From NCBI GenBank assembly GCA_030141605.1, contig JAQGDQ010000130.1:267974-331973 (forward strand): a stretch of DNA of 64,000 bases, written 5' to 3'. The notes under the pieces were generated by a model that had not been told where the DNA came from, ran no database searches, and saw nothing but the letters and a program-made list of their open reading frames with translations. The position numbers were made by a program, and so were the translations under genes. The DNA comes from Tubiluchus corallicola. Lineage: Eukaryota; Animalia; Priapulida. Numbering within the stretch: position 1 is the first letter of the stretch; each line of letters opens with the position of its first letter. Of this stretch, positions 26,836 through 39,241 are shown in pieces.

Positions 26836-28516
26836 TTAATCTAGTAGTTCCATTAGTGTTGAAATGTAAGTTTGAGCCATCAGAAGGGTGTCGAATTTTG
26901 AGAGCTGCCTGTCTTCCGCCGCTGGTACTACTTCTCGCAATCTGAAAAACAGATAAAAAAAATGTTGTTAACAATATAATTCCTATGGTAGTAATAGCAT
27001 TCGCGTTATTCACTTCATCTTAACTTTACCAAAAATAAAAAGATAAATAGGCAGAGTTTTTACGTAACTAATTGTCAGCGGGTGCTGGACCATATTTGAG
27101 CCATTCTTATGTTTATTCTGTCATAAAACATTATTCAGAGAATTAAAATAAGTTAAAAGCAGTCATAATTAAAGAAAAAACGATTCTAGTAATTGAGGAA
27201 TCCAAGGTTCAAAAATTGTCTTTTTCGCTGTTTGGTGACCAGTTTTTACCTATATCAGATGATAGAGGGGACCTTGATGCTTACTGCCTGGGTGGCAGTT
27301 CTAATTTTCATGTCGGCGTTGTGGGTGACACGGAGCCACTTCTAGGATCACCTCCAAAGACTCTTGATATAGGTACAAACACATTCTTTGGCCTCGTTTT
27401 GAACTTGGGCTTCAGGACTATATAAATATTCGTTTAGCCTTCTGCAAGTTGTGAAAAAACACTTAACGACAGAGGTTGCTTAATGTAGTTTGTTGTGGCT
27501 TGATCGGAACCTTGGAATCAGGGATAACTCTCTAAGGGTTCAGAAGGGCCTACGCCTACTCTTGAGAAGCTAAATAACCAGAAGCAGTATGATACATGTA
27601 ATTTTTCTGAAAGTCATTCATCCATTTACTGACCAAGCCCAGCTATTGTTTTTTAAGCGTACGCCGAGACCACTCAGCTATTTTTTGCCTTTACCTTATT
27701 CTTTAAGTTCTTGACAAATCAGTCAGGAAACTTCCAGTAAAAGCGCAAAATTTCTCTGTTATTTACAGTAAGAATAAATAAGCGATTAAGGGAGTGAGTG
27801 ACTGATTCACTAAATGAATGACTGACTGACTGACTGACTGACTGACCGGCTGACTGACTGGTTGACTGAGTGAGTGAAAGAGTGAATGAGAGAATGAATG
27901 AATGAATGAACAAATGAACGAACGAACTAACGAATGAATGAGTGAATGAATGACTGAATGAATAAATAAATAAGTGATACCTGTCAAAAGCTTTATTAAG
28001 ATTACACATCCTCTTCCTTTCCCTTGCGTTTGCCGCTAGTCGTTTTCTCCTGTATTCGGTGTGCCTTGAAGTGGCACCACTTTCAGAAGAGGTGACTGTG
28101 GTCTCAGAATGGTGTCTCGTGTGACTACCTCCTAGACATCGAACAGTGTCTTCACGTGTGACTTCTGTTAAACTACACGCATCACGTGACCCAGTAGATT
28201 CAAAGAAATCGTGCAAGATTGTCTGAGAATGTTGAAGTTCTGCGTCCATTGAACGTTCAGAGGTCGATTGCCAACATTTCTGTGGTACAATCACGTCAAC
28301 AGAATTGTCCAGGACATCACAGGATTGATGTAAAGTTTCAGGGAAATCAGCACCTACTTGTAGTTTCACCACTCGCATTCCTAGTGACGTGTTCTTCCTG
28401 TGTCTGCGACGTTGTCTTTTAAAACTGTTGTTTTTCGTCTGCTGTCCGTTAACAACACTTTTACTTACTTTGACTAGAGAAACATTGTCCGACGAAGGCA
28501 AATTCATAACGCACAT
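26836..28516 (-). CDS. ato: Atonal-family proneural bHLH transcription factor (Atoh1/Atoh7/ato-like); coding exons 28516-27981 and 26941-26836
   Basis: The spliced C-terminus is RRKRLAANARERKRMCNLNKAFDR|LREVVPAAEDRQLSKFDTLLMAQTYISTLMELLD*, which matches the atonal signature (RRLAANARERRRM..LN.AFDRLR..VP....LSK.ETLQMAQ.YI..L..LL). Phase-2 intron with donor AG|GTATCA and acceptor TTTTTCAG|A; exon lengths 536+106 nt keep the frame (213 aa). The poly-Tyr/His N-terminus of track ORF 27719-28777 is an intronic microsatellite. Confidence 0.9.
27790..27972. repeat. Degenerate (GAAT/GACT)n tetranucleotide tract in the atonal intron
   Basis: Direct reading. Confidence 0.8.
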
Positions 28517-28525
28517 ACCTGCAAC

Positions 28526-28762
<237 letters not shown>

Positions 28763-29056
28763 TGTAACCATTGGCAAGCTAAAATTTCAAGTTTTTTTAA
28801 TTAAACACTATTTTAAAGTGGACGTTTTTCTTCGCCATCATTCTACAGCCATGGTTAGTCTACTAAATATCACAAAAATATATTATATATTAAATATATC
28901 ATGTTATTTTATTATATAAGCACCACAAAGTTTGTTTATTTGCTGTATTAGCATCACAGTCAAAATGTTTTAAAATTTTCTAAATGAAATTAGTTTAAAT
29001 TGTTTTACATTTCACCACTATCAGCACATTTTCCAAAAAATTCGATATGTGGTTAC

Positions 29057-29172
29057 CTATTTCGTCACAGTTTTATCTCAGGTGAGTAGCAGGAAGAAAA
29101 CTTGCACCTGTCTGACACCTTCATGTCACGCTCACTAGTGGTAAATTGACTTAACTGTTTTGGTTTTTATAG
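29057..29172 (-). promoter_or_regulatory. Putative atonal core promoter (TATAAAA at 29171-29165) and non-coding first exon ending at a donor at 29057
   Basis: On the - strand CTATAAAAA is followed about 110 nt later by a donor TAG|GTAACC, which could join the acceptor TTGCAG|GT-ATG at 28518. An AGCCAATCA (CCAAT) box lies near 29304. Confidence 0.5.
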
Positions 29173-30179
29173 CCATGCCCGTCGGGCGTGATTTTGTGCT
29201 TAGTTAATTGGATAACAACAAAGCAGTTGCTTTGTTAATCTTCTCTATAATGTCATATATGATAATTATGGACCCATACGTGGTATCTTGTCACATGCCG
29301 TGCAGCCAATCACCGTCTTTCTGGCTATTACGACTGGTAAACACACCCGTGCGTCATCAGGTGGTGAACAGTTGAAAGCAGCTGTGAACATGTATTTTGC
29401 AATCGTGGGAAAATAATGCAAAAGAGCCTCCATCCAATGGAATTCTTTCTCACTAAAGATGCTGTCACTTCTTTTAACACAAAGTTAATTTCTACATCGA
29501 AGCTGTACTGTGAAAATATTATTTCTTTATTTCGTTCATTTGTTCGTTCATACATTCATTCAAGCATTTTTCCATTCATTAGTTTTCATTCATGCATTCA
29601 TTCATTCATTCGTTCATTCATTCATATACTCAAAAATTCGTTCATTCATCCATCCAGTCATTCATACATTTTTTCATTCAGGCATCTTATGAAGCCTTAT
29701 TCAAAGTGCTTCACCGACTTGACTTCAAAAACCGGCTGTGTAATGTTTGAAAAAGAACACTAAGAATGCCACACGAAATTTATTTTTTTAGATTTGCTTT
29801 TTACTAAAATGAATCTACAAACTGAATTAAAATTTTGGTGTACCCCATAGTCTAAACTTCCAGCATTCATGTGCACGAACGTCTATAAACGTCTATAACA
29901 TTTGTAGTTAATCAATGTGAAATATTACAATCATGCTGGTAGCCACGTGACCTGTCAGTACTTTGAACTACTTAATATGTCTTCAAGCCAGAATGAATTA
30001 TTTATTTCATGTTAGAAACACATGCCACGCCTCAAATTAAACTAAAATTTAAATATATTGAATTAATTTTAATGGCGCCGCCTTCAGTTGTCAAAATCAA
30101 TTTGCTCTTTGTTGCGCTAAGAATTGACGAATGTAGTTTCCCACTGGGCAAGCTACTGTTTTCGTGACTAATTTATTTA

Positions 30180-30255
30180 GGGGAGACAGAGGGAGGGAGG
30201 CAGGCACGAAACAGAGAGTCAGAGAGAGGGACAGACAGAGACAGAGGGAGATAGA

Positions 30256-30299
<44 letters not shown>

Positions 30300-30386
30300 A
30301 AAAGCAAAAGGGAAGGGGAAGAGTGAGAAAGCGAAAGAGAGGGGGGAATAAAAAGAGAGAGAGTACGAGAGAGAAAGAGAGAGAGA

Positions 30387-30473
<87 letters not shown>
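30180..30473. repeat. (AG)n microsatellite / purine-rich tract
   Basis: Direct reading. Confidence 0.9.
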
Positions 30474-30477
<4 letters not shown>

Positions 30478-33400
30478 GAAATTATTAGAAAGCTTTTGCT
30501 AACTTGTATGAATAAATTACATATTTGTTCTTTTTACAAAAAGGTATGAAACTGATGAGTTAGCAAGACAGTGTTCCGTATACAGCCCTAGTGAATCATA
30601 ATCTTTTTCGGAATCTAATGCCTTTTTCTGTTTGCACCCCATTTTTTTCATTAGGAAATTATTCGGCAGTTATTACTGTAAAAATAAGTGCTGCAGTAAT
30701 GAATTTGTAGCACTCTCGATTTCAATTGAGTAGCCCGCATTATTTTCTTGCAATTACAGGTTCATGAAGTTCTCACGTTAACGAAGTTTTCACATTATTA
30801 TACCTTTGCTGGATGAAATGACATGAGATGACAGATTGACACAAGTCACATACTTATGTGAAATTCTGTTGAGCAGTTTTCTGATACGGGTCTGTGTCCT
30901 GCTTAATTACAGCTGCAACCGTTTGTGCAGATAAATTAATTTTTGCTATTGCATTGTATTGTAATATAAAATCATCGGCGTATAATAGTGAAACATAGTA
31001 AAAAGTCGTAAAAAAGTTGTTAATAAGTAAAAATAGTAAGAAGAGTAAAAAAGTAAAGTACTATCAGTACTTTCGGGGATAGATTCTTTATAGTCGTGCC
31101 CAAAAGTTCTCTTCGCGTGGCTGGCCGATCTATATATGTTTTTTAAAAGAAAGAAACGAATTGACATTGTGAGTGGAAGAGAATTTTGCGTTGTAGGCTA
31201 CACAACAACAAAAGAAACAAGTACTACGACGTGATTTAACTAGCAATTAGGAACGGCCAGTTTACTAGTTAAACTACGTATTTTGTGTGTGGCTATGAAT
31301 AAACACTGGATTAAAAGTACTCACTACAGTGCACATCTGTTTAGCCACATAAAACGATAATTTACGGACTCCATGGTAATAATAAGTTACTGAAGGAATA
31401 ATTATTACTAAAAATAATATAAAATTATTCGATTAATTGCCGTACAGTTAAGTTTTTTTCATGCGTGCATTATGGGTGACAGAATTGTTTAACGTTTAAC
31501 ATTCTAACTTAATCTTTAAATTTTTTAGTGATCTTTAAAAAAATAAAATGTTTGTTAGTAAATATTCGTGGATTCTAATTATTTCAACTGAAGAGAACTT
31601 GCTTCCATCTATTATGTAATTTAGATAGTATAAAAACATCACGTTAAAATTCCATTGCATATAAAATTGTTGCTACAGTTTTAAATCTCGTCATAAACGA
31701 ATGTACAGTTTTCGTAATTTGAAAATCAAAATGCACAATGTTCAGTGGCTTTTCTTAGTACTACTTAATATAATGCAAATAACTGTTACTTACATTTCAT
31801 TCTCATCAATACCCGTAATTAAGCAGACTCCTCTTGTTTTCAACCGAACCACTTATTTCGAGCAGTAACACATTGAAGATTAGTTTTTCTTGTATCTTAG
31901 GTTTTGTGACAGCTTTGTGATTGAGTTTTCGGATCTCAAAACATATGATCTTACTTGCCCAGCATTATCATCCATCTTATTCAAATAATTATTCATATTG
32001 ATTAACATGCATTTGAATTTTATAATAGGCCTGTAAAAATATATTAATATTATTTTTTAATGATGTACTACTGACGACCTGTTTTACATAGTGCCGAGCC
32101 ACCAAAACTAAATTCTGTAAATAAACAATATATGAGGCCAGTGTTTTTTAGTCCGCTGCCCTCATACATTTTCTTCAATAAAAGTAGTTTCATTAATGGC
32201 TAATTTGTATTGTATTACACGTGTGAAATAAATAGGTCTTATATATGTCTTATATCAAATCTGCGCACATTTGTCTGGCACTACAATCGTAAGGCAGCGA
32301 AATTAACTTTCTTATGCATTTCTTGTAAGTCACGTTAAAATCATTATAAATGTACGAATAAAAAATTTTCCAAAGAGCAGCACCATATATACAAGTACGA
32401 TAGCTTCTGAACAATCATTTTTTTGCATGTTCACTACTATTGTTAAAATTCCGAATAACAATATTTGTTCTAGCTACTGACACTTGTGGCTACTGGGTAC
32501 TGATGTCATCATTGTCAGTACGTTTTGCTGAGAATGATGGTACCATTTTACTTATTAACTTTTTACTAAGTCTAATAACTGCAAAAAACAACTGAAGCAA
32601 TATCCTTGTTAAACCTTGTCTGAAAAGCCTATTCATATTCACAAACGTAAACAATATACTGCCAGTAAGCTTATACCCAATTTAGCTGATAATATCTTTA
32701 TATTCTCAGAGTAAATAGAGACATTGTGACGATTTGTTGACACAACATTTTGATACCGTCCCTCTTTTTGATGAACCTGGACCTTTTGAGGAGATCGCAC
32801 AACCTCGGGTCACGAGACACGATTCAAGTTTTGTTTTCTGAAAGCTAACAAATGTTTATCCACTCAATACAGTTGAGGTTAATTTGTTTGTAAAAATGCG
32901 CAGAGAAATTGGTGCAAGTGCATCGTCATTGTTGCGCTGATTGACAATTATTGTGCTGGGATGCTGCATAATAATTATTGCAATTATGTCGGACTCGCTT
33001 ATGGGTTTCTGTTTCGAATTTCGTGCTGTTTTGTTTGAATAAACGGCTGGATTTCGTTTCCCACGCGTTCTGCTAAAAATTGTACAAATTATTGAGTGAA
33101 ATCACGTTAAACGTTTCGTTTGTTTCAATTTTCTGTCTTAACAGAAACTATGTTTTAGTCTTTTCATTTTTCATCAGTTATTAGCGCAAAACTGGTAACA
33201 CTTTGCATCCTAGTAAGGCTTTCTTATCAAACAAAAGTTTTTTAAATTACATACAGTTAAAAACAATGATTTGAAATTTTATCACATTTCACAGAACGAA
33301 TAATTTTCTACGAGTTAAAATAGAAATGCCAGCATAACCAGAATTGGCATTAACACCATTGTGCAGTTTTATTCGCTTCCTTTTCGACAGTTATTTAAAA

Positions 33401-36400
33401 TAAAACATACAAAATATCCAATTTTCCGATTATTCACTAACAATTTCATAAGAACTATAAGTAATTTCAAAAATAATTTGTCCATGAAAAAATCTAACCA
33501 TACTAAATCAGTAATTAGTTAAAAACTCAATTCCTTGATCAAAATAAATTAAAAATTATAAATGGCCATTTACATAGCAAAACTGTCCACATCCAATATT
33601 TATGTAATGTCTATAATGTACTAATAAAATCGTAAGAAAATATCAACATAATAAAAAGTTATGTAGGCAATATGGTATATTGACATTTTTGCTATATTGC
33701 TTAACACCTATGATGAAATCCACAATGGATTTCGAAATATTTTTTTTGTTTTTTGTAAGAAAGAATAAAACTGCCATCCATGAATCCGGCTATGATTTTT
33801 GTTGTGTTGATATGTTCAATAATGGGTGCCAAATCATTTAAGATTGTAACAAAATTACCCGAAGTTTTTAGTATTTACATAAAACCATCATCTGACGTAA
33901 AGTGGCTTTAAAAAGGAAAAGTTCGCGATAGTTTCATATTGATTCTGAACGTTTTCATAATGACGGTATTAAACCGTTTAAACACAGCCGTTCATCATAC
34001 ACGTTTTTGTTGATTAGACGTTAATTAATTCGCATTTTTCATTTGACCCAACAAATGTATTTTACTTATTTTTAAAACTGTTAACTATAACTACAATTTT
34101 ATTAACATTTTCCCGAGGAATCGAGAATTAGTTACTGCTGACAGGTTGAAGAAGCAGCTGCTCTGCGCCTACAAACAGTATTTTGTCTCCAGTCATGTGT
34201 TGGTCACGTGTCAGTCACGTGCATAATTTACTGGTCGGGAAACAGCTGAAACACGAAAGCGTTGGAGAACCAATCTGCGAAATTAGTCTGATTAAGATGT
34301 TAGATTATTCATTAACATCGATAGAGACGTGTACTCTGATATTTTCCCGGGACGACACACACTCAACTCTTATTGCAATTTTTTTCCACGCCTTTATGCA
34401 AACTTATTTTACGAGCTATGCCACCACTCAAACTGTGTCGCACTCTACTTAAGCATTTTAAAAAACTGCACTCGCGATCGCATTTCAACGAAAAAAGCTC
34501 TAATACGTTAAAGTGATTAATTCCTTTATTTTTAAATAATTACAAAACATGTACGATTTTAGTCGTTTTTCACTCAAATATTGTTGTTGCGGGATTGCCT
34601 GGCGTGACAGCATCCTGACACTCCAGTCCCCAATGGAGAAACTTGAAATTGACGCTTACAAACAAATATCTTCTACTGGAGCTAAAATATCTTTAATTAA
34701 GTCGTAAGTGATAAAAATGATTTCTTTCAATAAAAAAAACTAATTCCTGCTCACCAAAAAAATTTTAATTTCAATATTAATAATTTTTTATAAATAAAAC
34801 AATCAAACTGTTACAACGGAAGCAATAATTCTTTTTACGAAAGTCAAGATTGATTTCATTGTAATCCAATAAACAACTGATTACAATTTTCGTTTAATCG
34901 CTAGTGGCAGGTCAAAATTTTTAACCCTTTCCACTTCTCAAATGTAAAAATTTGCCTACCATTATACGCTGAAGTCTGACAATACCTTAATTTTGTATTA
35001 ACTAAATAATGAACGAGTGTCATTAGCTGTGTGATATATGACAATTATTCTGATATTTGTGGTCACGGTACAATAAATGTTCACTGGTATCAGATTGCAT
35101 TGTGTTCCTTTCACTCCCACATTACTATTTCAAAACATTAAGCGCATCTAACTGATGCAGAAAAAATGAACATTACGTGTGTGGTTAGTATAATAGTAAA
35201 GGATTGCTGCGTGCGGCGTGTCATAAATTCAGTAAAACGGGCGAGGCATAAAATTGTGTTGAAACGACAGCAAGCTCTCAATAATCACTTGAATGGCTGC
35301 TTTATTAACAGATCGAGAGAGCTTGTTGATGCTTAGTACTGTCTGAATAAGCCTAGTTATCTAACAGGTGCTTGGAAAAAGCCATGCTTGGTATAAACGT
35401 AATGGTTCAAGTGAGAATGCTTCAACTTGAATATTTCAAATTTAAACAAGGTGGTGAAACTTAATGACCCTGTTTAATTACCTTTCTTTTCTATGACTTA
35501 CCATCAATCGTTACTTTTTTGAAGAAATAAAAATATTTTTTAAATGATTGAAATATAAATAATACTTAATTATGAAATATAAGCTATATAAGCAAAACCG
35601 TACGTGATAATAAGAATGATATAATTTCTACTAATCAAAGTTTGATTGTTGTAAGATTTTTTAGCGTAATGGCAAATCTATTTACACTATGATTAAACTA
35701 ATGTTAAATTAAACCATAAAATCTCGTCTTTCAAGTTCCTAAACGCTGCGCAAAAAATCTCACAAAAATCTCGTCAAAAATTACAATTAGCACATGTAAA
35801 TATAAAACATTATAAAATATATATAAAGCTTTTAGTTGCGCGAACCAATAAATTGTTACTCAGAATTACTAAACAGAGGCATAAATAAATTGGCATGCCT
35901 ATGAAAATAAGCATGTTTTGAACATAATTTAACAGATTTAACTTAAACATTACTGTGATGTCCAAATTGATTTTGGATAATTTGAAAACATTTAACTTTG
36001 TTTTTTGTGCTTAAATGCAAAAATGGAGCTAAAAATGTATTCATGTTCCACAATCACAAACATTGTATTTTAAATGCCATTCAGACTCGTGTACCTACTA
36101 TAATTTTATGATGACTGCTTATTATTTCTGCAACAAAAAAGGCTATCGTCAAGAAACCTCACTCCCACGTCCAACCCTGCCACGCCTACCGCCCTTCAAC
36201 TTCTTAATTCACCAGTCGTTTAATGACACCAAGCGCGTGACCCCCTCTAGGAGTTTGACCAATATCCCCAGAACCCCGCAATTATCACATTAGACCATCG
36301 TGACGTCACGCTGCTGGAAATACAACAAAAACTGCTCGATTAATTACCTTATAAGAGATATAACGTCACTCCCCGGGGCGTAATAATGGCCTGATTGTGT

Positions 36401-36920
36401 GCAAAAAGTGAAAATATAGGCTTGTTGATGGGTACCGCAGCGTTTGACAGATAGGGTCGTGGGAATCGTAGTTTTCCCTCTTTTTACCGAGATTTTTAAA
36501 GCCCGGATCCTTTTAACTTTATTTGATCCTGTGTTTTGTTCAATATGCTATGAACAAGAAAAGCTAGACAGCAGAAGGAAATTAACGATTTTCAAAGACG
36601 TCTCTATAGAAAATGTTAGTGATAAAAATGGCCTCACAGAATATCCAATGATGATCTGTATAATGTGGTCAGGAAGGTAAAATGCATGACATTTCACATC
36701 GTCTCAATTTATCTTCAGGTGAAACACAAAGGAATCTTTTATTTATTTAAACTTTATTTCAGTATATAAGAATACTATATAAAAGTTAAAATTTACATTG
36801 AAAACAAAGAAATACTACAGTCATGCACTACTAGAAGAATAATTAAAAGAATAATTAAGAGTTATTAAAAGAAATTATCGCGTGCAATTACTAATACTAT
36901 TTTTTACATTATATATATAT

Positions 36921-36951
<31 letters not shown>

Positions 36952-38863
36952 TATGTATATGTATATATGTATGTATGTATGTATGATTTAATTCATATAA
37001 TGTATGATATCTTATATCAAATTATTATATGATATAATATATAATATGCAAATAAAATATAAGACGGTTTTATTATATTTAATATGATCTATTAAGACAT
37101 TACACAAAAAAGAATGCAAGCATGTAAAAAAACGCAGAAGCAGAGCAGATAAAAACACAAGTGAGAAACACAGAAGCATAAAATTACTGGCCACAGTTAC
37201 ATATCAGAGTGGGACACTTCAGAAACTAATGCTGTTTTATCCTTTTAGTGTGACGCACAGAAAATTAGTATTAGTAATTCACGTGATAGTTTAATTTTTT
37301 GTCTTTTGCCTGAAGACAAGCTATACTGGAAATTTGAAACGTAGCGTCTTTTCTTTCCTTTTTCTCTGTTTTAACAGTTGGATTTTTTATAAGCCATTGT
37401 TATTACACTTGCCACAAAGAATTAGCTAGTGTTATTTAAGAACTAATCTAATTTTCTTGAAGGCATATTCTTTGGCTGTCTGTTTAGTGAAAACTGAAAC
37501 AAAGCACAGCAAACATTGTAAACCTAACGAACAGCTATATAAAGGGAGTAAACTAACATACACAATGTACAGAATGAAAATGTTATAAATTAGCACGTAA
37601 ATAAATAAATAAAATATGCTTCGACGTACAGTTTGCTGCCTTGCGTTACTGCATTTAGAAGTTAACGCGCTTTTAACATCGAGTTGAAACAACTGTTTCA
37701 ACAACAAAATTTAAATATTGCGTTATAAGAATATTTAAAACGTTTAAAAATGATTTTATTGAGATTTACAGAAAATGATCTCATCGCGTTTAAAAACATA
37801 TTGATAAAACTGCGATTACAAAATAATGTAATTAACTTTTAACCTGTGGCATTATACAAAAAATACATGTTATTTAAAAAACAAAATAAATGGATATGGG
37901 TCGTAAACCTGAATTTTAGTCCTTGTCACTTTAAACTTTATCCATTCCTACAAAAGTAAACTTTGTGAGTGACACTCCTATATTGTAAACAGACCAGAGT
38001 TAAGCAATTAATTAACTGTAAATAACTTTCATTAAGCTTAATTAAAATTTATACTCCAAGGTGTATCTAACTTACTGAATGCACCTGGTTACAGAGAGTA
38101 GCATCTATTATTAACTTGTTACACTTTTACTCTTTAATGAGGTGTTGATGCATTTGAGCAATAGAGACAGATTTATGTTGCCTTCTGTAGTTTAACCTAC
38201 ATTAGTGTTAATGAAAATGTAATCAAAAAGTCAGTATCTTGAATTCTGTATACAGAATCATCACATAGAATAATTCGCTGTCTAGATAGGTAAGTGCGCT
38301 TTGAATGTGTTATTTTGTTTATTTATTTGCTTACTTGTATAGCGATGACTTGACTAGAAGAGGGCCCCTGGTGTAATGATGGTAACTACGACAATGACGA
38401 CGACGACTATTACGATCATGATAGTTGAAAAATAAGTTTGTTTAGTAAAGAAGATGATAGCAGTGAGATTAATTTATAATACAGCCTATAGATAAGATGT
38501 AATGTGTACATTATGTCGGTTTGTTAGGCTACTACCTTTTTTTAATAGATATTACCGTTTGCATTTACCAATTAATAAAGTAATTAAGAGATTGTTTTAG
38601 AAAATAACAATTAATGTGATTTGTCAAGGAAAAAAAGTTGTATAAAATTTCACACAAGAAGGGACTTGATGCAAAGGTCTTGCTATTAGAACTCACCTTT
38701 TCAATGATTAGTTTGTTTTTAGTTCAGCTATCTCCCTCCGGATTTTTGTTTTTATAACAGACACCTTTTTTCGAAGTGTAATTAACTTATTATCAATTAC
38801 CGTTAATAATTTTTATGCTGTAATTAATTAGTCTTGCTTTGAACAAAATTGCTATCAAAACCA

Positions 38864-39163
38864 GTACCTGTATCTGTATCTGTATCTGTATCTGTATCTG
38901 TATCTGTATCTGTATCTGTATCTGTATCTGTATCTGTATCTGTATCTGTATCTGTATCTGTATCTGTATCTGTATCTGTATCTGTATCTGTATCTGTATC
39001 TGTATCTGTATCTGTATCTGTATCTGTATCTGTATCTGTATCTGTACCTGTACCTGTACCTGTACCTGTACCTGTACCTGTACCTGTACCTGTACCTGTA
39101 CCTGTACCTGTACCTGTACCTGTACCTGTACCTGTACCTGTACCTGTACCTGTATCTGTATCT
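38864..39163. repeat. Compound hexanucleotide microsatellite (TGTATC)n-(TGTACC)n
   Basis: Direct reading; the unit switches near 39045. It explains the CICI and VSVS/VPVP ORFs. Confidence 0.95.
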
Positions 39164-39241
39164 ATCTATGTCATTTCATTTTATTATCTACCAGTAGTTC
39201 ATTTTTCAGGTTAGTTTATTGGTGAAAAAAGCCTTCCAAAC

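Noticed and set aside
38839-39225. CICICI/CTCTCT and VSVS/VPVP ORFs
   Set aside because: Hexamer microsatellite; not joined in frame to the tubulin ATG.
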